Positions 58,014 through 64,000 of a DNA stretch of 64,000 bases are shown in pieces (the first letter of the stretch is position 1; the number at the start of each line of letters is the position of its first letter). Where the stretch lies: the sequence record NC_006883.2; one strand, 5' to 3'. The notes under the pieces are model-generated. The model ran no database searches. It saw only the letters and a list, made by a program, of their open reading frames with translations, and was not told the DNA's origin. Both the position numbers and the translations under genes were made by a program.

Positions 58014-58295
58014 ATGCCTTTATATCCTGTAAAAAATTTAAAAACTGGAGAAGTGAAAGACATTCATATGTCTGTAGAGAAGTATGGAGTTTGGAGAAAA
58101 GAAAACCCTGATTGGGATAAGGATTGGTCACAAGGATGTGCTGGACTGAGATCATTAGGACCAGAATCATATTCTGCAGATGCAATAGCTAATCCAGGTG
58201 CATATGAGGATAAAAATAATAGTTTGTCTTCTGGTTTTAATGGTGCATCAGGACCTAACAATAGCTTAGTAAGAGATCACTTTAGAATGAAATAG
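58014..58295 (+). CDS. Conserved cyanophage hypothetical protein, paralog of 58866..59192
   Basis: MP.YPVKN.KTGE.K...MSV.......NPDW shared. Confidence 0.75.
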   Translation: MPLYPVKNLKTGEVKDIHMSVEKYGVWRKENPDWDKDWSQGCAGLRSLGPESYSADAIANPGAYEDKNNSLSSGFNGASGPNNSLVRDHFRMK

Positions 58296-58303
58296 AATAA
58301 AAT

Positions 58304-58837
58304 ATGGATTTAAAAATATTTGATAATTTTCTCCCATATGATAATTTTGAACAATTGAAGACAAATATTTGTTCTATAAATTTTCCTTGGTTTTATCAAT
58401 CTGAATTAAACCCAATTGGATTTGATGATGTTGTGGCATATAGGAATGATGATGATCATCAGTGGGATTGGTATCATACTCACAAACTTTATGATAATGA
58501 TAAAATTACTAGTGAATTTTTTGAACCTGTATATAATATGATTATTCCAAAGATTAGGGAAGTATCAGAATATCATAGTTTAATGAGGATAAAGGTTAAT
58601 TCATATCCAAATACTAAAATTATTAATGAACATGATCAACATTCGGATTATCAATTTTCTAGTTATGGAGGAATTTTATCATTAAATACTTGTAATGGAT
58701 TTACTAGATTGCATGATGGTACTAAGGTAGATAGTATAGAAAATAGATTTTTTATTTTTGACCCATCTAAAGCTCATAATTCATCTACTACAACTAATAC
58801 AAAAAGAAGAGTTAATATTAATTTCAATTGGATTTGA
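58304..58837 (+). CDS. 2OG-Fe(II) oxygenase-like protein
   Basis: FPWFY, HDQHSDY, FDPSKAHNS, RVNINFN. Confidence 0.8.
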   Translation: MDLKIFDNFLPYDNFEQLKTNICSINFPWFYQSELNPIGFDDVVAYRNDDDHQWDWYHTHKLYDNDKITSEFFEPVYNMIIPKIREVSEYHSLMRIKVNSYPNTKIINEHDQHSDYQFSSYGGILSLNTCNGFTRLHDGTKVDSIENRFFIFDPSKAHNSSTTTNTKRRVNINFNWI

Positions 58838-58865
58838 TATATAATCTTACACATCATTAAAACCT

Positions 58866-59192
58866 ATGGCAACGTATCCAGTAAAAAATAAAAAAACAGG
58901 TGAAGAGAAAGAAGTTGTAATGAGCGTTCATTCTTGGAGTCAATGGAAAGAAGATAATCCTGATTGGGAAAGATTTTTTACTCCTGAAAATTCACCAGCA
59001 CTAGGACTTGAAACTGTAGGTGATTGGAAAGATAAACTTACCAATAAAAATCCTGGATGGGGTGAAATATTAAAGAAAGCTGATAAAGCAGGTGGTATTT
59101 CTGGAAGATTAGCAAAGAGAGGAGGTATTAATTCTACTCAGGAGCATGATGATTCTTATGCTCCTTCCCCAAAGGAAAAAAAATCTAAGTAA
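58866..59192 (+). CDS. Conserved cyanophage hypothetical protein upstream of phoH
   Basis: MATYPVKNKKTGEEKE..NPDW..PGWGEILKK. Confidence 0.78.
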   Translation: MATYPVKNKKTGEEKEVVMSVHSWSQWKEDNPDWERFFTPENSPALGLETVGDWKDKLTNKNPGWGEILKKADKAGGISGRLAKRGGINSTQEHDDSYAPSPKEKKSK

Positions 59193-59197
59193 ATATT

Positions 59198-59950
59198 ATG
59201 CCAAGAAAAAAGAAGGTTGAGCAACCTATTGGGGTTGGATTGACGACCAAGCAAATAAAAAGAAAGAAACCAATTAATAATGATTATCTTGTTGATGTTC
59301 AACCATTAACAGAGAATCAGAAAAGATTGTTTGATTCTTATAAGGAAGGAAAGCATCTCGTTGCTTATGGCATCGCAGGTACAGGAAAAACATTCATTAC
59401 CTTATATAATGCTATAAAAGACGTTCTTTCTACGAATACTCCATATGATAGGATCTACTTGGTTCGTTCATTAGTATCTACTCGTGAGATTGGGTTCTTG
59501 CCTGGTGATCATGAAGATAAAGCAGACATCTATCAGATACCATATAAGAATATGGTGAAGTATATGTTCCAGATGCCTTCTGATGCTGACTTTGAGATGC
59601 TCTATGGCAACTTAAAGGCACAAGAAAGTATTAAGTTTTGGAGTACCTCGTTTATTCGTGGAACTACATTAGATAATGCAATCGTGATTGTTGATGAGTT
59701 TCAAAACCTCAATTTCCATGAATTAGATTCTATTATTACTCGTATTGGTGAAAATTCTAAGATTATGTTTTGTGGTGATGCAAGTCAAACTGATTTGACT
59801 AAAACAAATGATAAGAATGGTATTGTGGACTTTATGAGTGTTTTGCGTAAAATGCCTTCTTTCGATATAATAGAGTTTGGTGTTGAGGACATTGTTCGTT
59901 CTGGACTTGTCAAAGAATATATTGTTGCTAAACTTGAATCTGGTTTATGA
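59198..59950 (+). CDS. phoH: PhoH-family ATPase
   Basis: GIAGTGKT, REIGFLPGD, FIRGTTL, VDEFQNL, CGDASQTDL. Confidence 0.95.
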   Translation: MPRKKKVEQPIGVGLTTKQIKRKKPINNDYLVDVQPLTENQKRLFDSYKEGKHLVAYGIAGTGKTFITLYNAIKDVLSTNTPYDRIYLVRSLVSTREIGFLPGDHEDKADIYQIPYKNMVKYMFQMPSDADFEMLYGNLKAQESIKFWSTSFIRGTTLDNAIVIVDEFQNLNFHELDSIITRIGENSKIMFCGDASQTDLTKTNDKNGIVDFMSVLRKMPSFDIIEFGVEDIVRSGLVKEYIVAKLESGL

Positions 59951-60636
59951 AATTTCCCATAACCTGTTATGATAATTTTTATGAAAATCCAGATTATATT
60001 AGAGAGTTTGCTCTTTCTTTAGATTATTCTCCTGAATCTGGTACTTTTCCTGGTGTTAGATCTAAGTGTTTATCTACTATTAGTGAGGAATTTCATTATA
60101 AATCAGTAAATAAGATTTTATCTATGTTTGATGATTTTGATGCTCCTGATGTTTTATGGAAAGCAAATTCATATTTTCAAAAGATATGGTCTTTTTCTCA
60201 AGATAAAGATAGTTCTTTAAATACTGGTTGGACTCATTCTGATTATGGAACTGTTTTAGCAGCAGTAATTTACTTGGATCCCAATCCAATTGTTGATTCT
60301 GGAACTTCATTTTTTAAACCTAATAAAAATGATGATTTTTTATTAGATTGTAAAGATCCTAATTACACACCAGAACAAATTGCAAATATTCGTCAAGATG
60401 TTTGTCAATCTACTCAAAGTTGTAATATAGATTCTATACATCATTTTTCAAATATGAAAGACTATAATAATAGTCACTTTCATAAAACTATGGAAGTTAA
60501 AAATTCTTATAATAGAATGATTACATATGATGGAAGTGAATTTCATGCACAATCTAGTTTTTATAGTGAAAATTTTAGACTAACTCAGGTTTTTTTTATT
60601 GATGAACTTATTATACCCGATAGGATGTTACGATAA
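59947..60636 (+). CDS. 2OG-Fe(II) oxygenase-like protein (DUF6445-like)
   Basis: DNFYENPD, FPGVRS, WTHSD, YNRMITYDG.EFH, RLTQVFF. Confidence 0.75.
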   Translation: MKFPITCYDNFYENPDYIREFALSLDYSPESGTFPGVRSKCLSTISEEFHYKSVNKILSMFDDFDAPDVLWKANSYFQKIWSFSQDKDSSLNTGWTHSDYGTVLAAVIYLDPNPIVDSGTSFFKPNKNDDFLLDCKDPNYTPEQIANIRQDVCQSTQSCNIDSIHHFSNMKDYNNSHFHKTMEVKNSYNRMITYDGSEFHAQSSFYSENFRLTQVFFIDELIIPDRMLR

Positions 60637-61327
60637 TTTTTATAAAGACCCTGATCCTGTTAGAGAGTTTGCTTTAGGGTTAGACTATACCAAGTATGGT
60701 GGTTTTTATCCAGGATTTAGATCTCGTTGTATCTCAACATTGAATACTAAATTATTTGAGTATTCAGTTAAGAAATTATTATCAATGTATGGAAATTATT
60801 ATAATATTCCTTTAGAAAATTATGACGTATTTTCATATTTTCAAAAGATCTATAGGTTTTCGAGTAATCCTGATGATGTTATAAATGATGGTTGGATTCA
60901 TTGTGATGGTAATACTTTATTAGCTGCAGTTATTTACTTAGATAAAGAACCATTTTCTAATAATGGAACATCTTTTTATCATAAAGTTAATTCTTCATTT
61001 AAAACCATTGTTTCACAGGTAGATGGTGCTGCTGAACAAACTCCTTATGATAGAATCATAGGTGAATCTGATCATTGCAAGATAGATGATGTTCATTGGT
61101 ACAGAGATAAACTTATTGAAAACAATAATCAATTTAACTTGACTGTTAGTGTTAATAACTGCTATAATAGATTGATATCTTACAGTGGAGATCAGTGGCA
61201 TGGACAATCAAATTATTATATGCCAAATGATCAAGATTTTAGATTGACTCAAGTATTTTTCTTTTATAGGATGAATGTACCAATAGATTTAATTCCTTCA
61301 ATTAGGTGTAGTGCAGATGGCATTTGA
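60599..61327 (+). CDS. 2OG-Fe(II) oxygenase-like protein, tandem paralog of 59947..60636
   Basis: DNFYKDPD, YPGFRS, WIHCD, YNRLISYSG.QWH, RLTQVFF. Confidence 0.75.
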   Translation: MMNLLYPIGCYDNFYKDPDPVREFALGLDYTKYGGFYPGFRSRCISTLNTKLFEYSVKKLLSMYGNYYNIPLENYDVFSYFQKIYRFSSNPDDVINDGWIHCDGNTLLAAVIYLDKEPFSNNGTSFYHKVNSSFKTIVSQVDGAAEQTPYDRIIGESDHCKIDDVHWYRDKLIENNNQFNLTVSVNNCYNRLISYSGDQWHGQSNYYMPNDQDFRLTQVFFFYRMNVPIDLIPSIRCSADGI

Positions 61328-62006
61328 CCACGTTGAATTAGACCTCCCTAAACTCAATAGGGAAACCATAGATGGAGTTCGTTATTATTCCGTACCTGGT
61401 GAAGAAGAAGGAGAACTAATGAAGTTAGTCTCTATTACTTCTGTTACTAGTCACTTTAATAAGGAGATCTTTGTTAAGTGGAGAAAGAGAGTTGGTAATG
61501 AAGAGGCAGATCGTATTACTAAAGCGGCTACTGGTCGTGGAACTGATATGCACACTCTTACAGAACATTATCTGAAGAATGAAAACCTCCCTGAAGTGCG
61601 TCCCATTTCAGACTTTTTATTTAAGATATCAAAGGGGCATCTTAATAAAATAAACAATATATACGCTCTGGAAGGACCGCTATATAGTAAAGAATTAGGT
61701 CTTGCTGGAACCGTTGATTGTATTGCTGAGTATGATGGCGAGTTAGCAATAATAGATTTTAAAACATCAAAGAAACCTAAACCAAGGGACTGGATAGAAC
61801 ACTATTTTGTTCAGTGTATGGCATATGGATGTATGTTGTATGAGATGAAGGGAATATCGATTAAAAAACTGGTAATCATTATGGCCTGCGAAAATGGCGA
61901 GTGTGTAATTTATGAAGAACGAGACAAAGCGAAGTACATCAAACTTCTCGGAAAATACATTAACAAATTTGTTAACGATAAATTGGAGCTCTATGGAACC
62001 GAATAA
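61317..62006 (+). CDS. PD-(D/E)XK exonuclease (RecB/Cas4-like; T4-like cyanophage core gene)
   Basis: SITSVTS, RGTDMH, LAGTVDCIAEYDGELAIIDFKTS, QCMAY. Confidence 0.9.
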   Translation: MAFDHVELDLPKLNRETIDGVRYYSVPGEEEGELMKLVSITSVTSHFNKEIFVKWRKRVGNEEADRITKAATGRGTDMHTLTEHYLKNENLPEVRPISDFLFKISKGHLNKINNIYALEGPLYSKELGLAGTVDCIAEYDGELAIIDFKTSKKPKPRDWIEHYFVQCMAYGCMLYEMKGISIKKLVIIMACENGECVIYEERDKAKYIKLLGKYINKFVNDKLELYGTE

Positions 62007-62253
62007 AGAATTAGAACAAGCTATAGCTAATAAGTTTCTAACTCCAGTTAAGTTTTCTATGGAGATAGAAAAAATTGTTTTGGAGGAAGGTGTTAATTAT
62101 ATTGATGCCATAGTACAGTATTGCGATACTAACAATATTGAGGTAGAATCGGTTACAAAGTTAATTTCAAAACCACTAAAAGAAAAATTAAAATGGGATG
62201 CAACCCAACTTAATTTTATGAAGGCAACTTCTAAAGCGAAATTACCAATTTAA
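61993..62253 (+). CDS. gp33 late-promoter transcription co-activator
   Basis: KFSMEIEKIV..NYIDAIVQYC..NIEVE....LISKPLKEKLKWDA..LNF. Confidence 0.85.
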   Translation: MEPNKELEQAIANKFLTPVKFSMEIEKIVLEEGVNYIDAIVQYCDTNNIEVESVTKLISKPLKEKLKWDATQLNFMKATSKAKLPI

Positions 62254-62255
62254 TT

Positions 62256-62888
62256 ATGCCCACTCAAGCAGTATTCCCAATTCCAATTTATTATGAACAA
62301 TCTATTGATGAGGAATATGAGAATATTCAATCTGAATTATATAAAATTTTTAATCTTGTAAGATTTACAAATAATAATGATAATAATCATGATCTAAGTT
62401 TAGATCGTGATGACAAGTTGTTTTCTGATAATCAAATTGTAAAGTATAAATGTAATAATCTTATAAATTTTATACATCACTCTATGGTTGATTATTTTAA
62501 ATCTTTGAATATTTCTGATAATCTTGAAATTAATCATGATTATATAATTAAAAATTCATGGTTTACTAAAACAAATAAGGGACAAAAAGCACCTTTACAT
62601 TATCATGGTGATGCTGATATATCAGGAGTTTATTATCTACAGACAAATGGTAATGATGGTAATTTAAATTATCATTCTCCTCATAGAGGTCTTGAATCAA
62701 GTTTTATATACTCTAAGATAGAACACTCATTACCTATGTTATTAAACCAAGGATTACTTGCTTTATGGCCAGGTAATGTGTGGCATGACACTCTGGTTAA
62801 TTTAACAGATCATGAGCGTATTAGTGTGAGTTTTAATATTCAAGTATCACGTAAAGGATTTAAAGTAGACCCCGATCAATCGTATTAA
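62256..62888 (+). CDS. 2OG-Fe(II) oxygenase (TIGR02466-like)
   Basis: AVFPIPIY, HYHGDADISGVYY, LWPGNVWH, RISVSFN. Confidence 0.87.
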   Translation: MPTQAVFPIPIYYEQSIDEEYENIQSELYKIFNLVRFTNNNDNNHDLSLDRDDKLFSDNQIVKYKCNNLINFIHHSMVDYFKSLNISDNLEINHDYIIKNSWFTKTNKGQKAPLHYHGDADISGVYYLQTNGNDGNLNYHSPHRGLESSFIYSKIEHSLPMLLNQGLLALWPGNVWHDTLVNLTDHERISVSFNIQVSRKGFKVDPDQSY

Positions 62889-62889
62889 T

Positions 62890-63096
62890 ATGGAAGTATC
62901 AGAATTAGATTTGTTACATCATCGTTTACAAGCGATTTTGCGTGACTATAATATGCCTGACCTTGAATATCTTGGTGAGAGAAAAAGTTGGAAGTCTGGT
63001 GAAATGGTTCACTGGTATAGAGTAGGTGAGGCAGAAGTGCCTATTGATGCAATTACTGAATTTGAAACTGAGGAGAACGATGAAAACGACGATTAG
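62890..63096 (+). CDS. Hypothetical protein
   Basis: ORF. Confidence 0.65.
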   Translation: MEVSELDLLHHRLQAILRDYNMPDLEYLGERKSWKSGEMVHWYRVGEAEVPIDAITEFETEENDENDD

Positions 63097-63997
63097 ATTA
63101 GCAGGTGCTCAAATCCCAGTAGGTACTGATATACAGATTAACAAAAAAGAAATATTTAAAGCACTTGATTGGGCAAAAGAAACTGGAGTTGATTGTTTAT
63201 TAACACCTGAAGGATCTTTATCTGGATATTGTAATAACTGGCAAGGTAAACTAGAAGAGTTGATGGGAACTTTAACTGAAGTTGAAGAGTACCAGAAAAA
63301 GTGTGGTGTTGGTTTACATTTAGGAACTAATTATCCAGATAGAGAATCTCTTGGTTTAATTTATAGAAATCAAATTAGACATTATGCGAAGGATGGTAAA
63401 TTACTTGGTCTTACAAATAAAACATTTACTTTAGATGAAGAAGGTGTTATGGGTAGGAATAGTAAGATGGAACCTATAGTTTCTATTCCTTTAACAACAA
63501 CTACTTTTCTTAGGAGTTTAATAACAAATCAATCTCCAGAAAGATCAGAAATACACGCTATTGGTTTAGTGTGTAATGATATGTGGGGTGCTCATTACAG
63601 AGATGAGAGTTCTATAATTCCATTGGTAAATGATTTTTTAAAATATCGTCCTGAGATACAAATTATTTTTCATTCAACAAACGGTAGAAAAATTAACGGT
63701 AGTGATCCAAGACAAAAAACTTTTGTAGATTGGCACAATAGTGTTTTGCATGTTAATGCTACTTTTGCATATCCTATTCTTACTGTAGATTCTTGTACTC
63801 CTTGGGATTGGGATGGAAATGAAGAAGATGTTGATAAGTATCCAACATCAAGTCAGAGTGGACTTATTGATTTTAGTGGATGGTTAACAGACGTTCCTAA
63901 TTATGGAAGACAATATTTTTATCATGATTATGATATATCAGCTAGATATATTGATAAAATAGATCAATATTATAAAAAGATATCTCTGGATTTATAA
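63080..63997 (+). CDS. Carbon-nitrogen hydrolase (nitrilase superfamily)
   Basis: AGAQIP, LTPEGSLSGY (Glu), NKT (Lys), GLVCNDMW (Cys); AGGAG RBS. Confidence 0.8.
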   Translation: MKTTIRLAGAQIPVGTDIQINKKEIFKALDWAKETGVDCLLTPEGSLSGYCNNWQGKLEELMGTLTEVEEYQKKCGVGLHLGTNYPDRESLGLIYRNQIRHYAKDGKLLGLTNKTFTLDEEGVMGRNSKMEPIVSIPLTTTTFLRSLITNQSPERSEIHAIGLVCNDMWGAHYRDESSIIPLVNDFLKYRPEIQIIFHSTNGRKINGSDPRQKTFVDWHNSVLHVNATFAYPILTVDSCTPWDWDGNEEDVDKYPTSSQSGLIDFSGWLTDVPNYGRQYFYHDYDISARYIDKIDQYYKKISLDL

Positions 63998-64000
63998 ACT

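Noticed and set aside
61317-62006. Cas4-like nuclease suggesting a CRISPR system
   Set aside because: No repeat-spacer array or other cas genes seen; this exonuclease is a standard cyanomyophage gene between phoH and gp33
928-62310. Dozens of 60-100-aa antisense or alternate-frame ORFs in the track (e.g. 2883..3191, 20869..21102, 23828..24133, 44457..44765)
   Set aside because: They lie within well-supported + strand genes, have no recognisable motifs or RBS, and are typical shadow ORFs
1-64000. tRNA or rRNA genes; bacterial chromosome origin of the window
   Set aside because: No cloverleaf/T-loop or rRNA-like sequence noticed by eye (tRNAscan-SE would confirm); late promoters, gp33, fibre genes and gene density point to a phage

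Overview
The window looks like a segment of a large T4-like marine cyanomyophage genome (Prochlorococcus phage P-SSM2-like). It is AT-rich, densely coding, almost entirely on the + strand, and has T4-type late promoters (TATAAATA) and gp33. From left to right it contains: (i) a phosphate module (two small beta-barrel-like exported proteins, a Pho-box-like repeat, pstS); (ii) a 12-kb, 15-gene sugar-nucleotide/glycosyltransferase island (gmd, fcl, GT2, GT4, GT11, GT6, GT25, methyltransferases); (iii) a photosynthesis auxiliary region (six hli genes, many tiny membrane ORFs, petF, intron-less psbA, ho1); (iv) about 20 kb of tail-fibre/virion structural genes including a collagen-like protein, a subtilase and two 10%-Cys paralogs; (v) a GT9-like transferase, a carbamoyltransferase and an ADP-heptose-type pathway; (vi) a tandem glutamine-riboswitch-like leader with a DUF4278-type peptide; (vii) core genes thyX, phoH, exonuclease and gp33, interleaved with 2OG-Fe(II) oxygenases and followed by a nitrilase-family gene. 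All family assignments come from motif recognition by eye; no database search was run. Many short ORFs missing from the supplied track were translated by hand. No tRNA, rRNA, CRISPR array or intron was seen.
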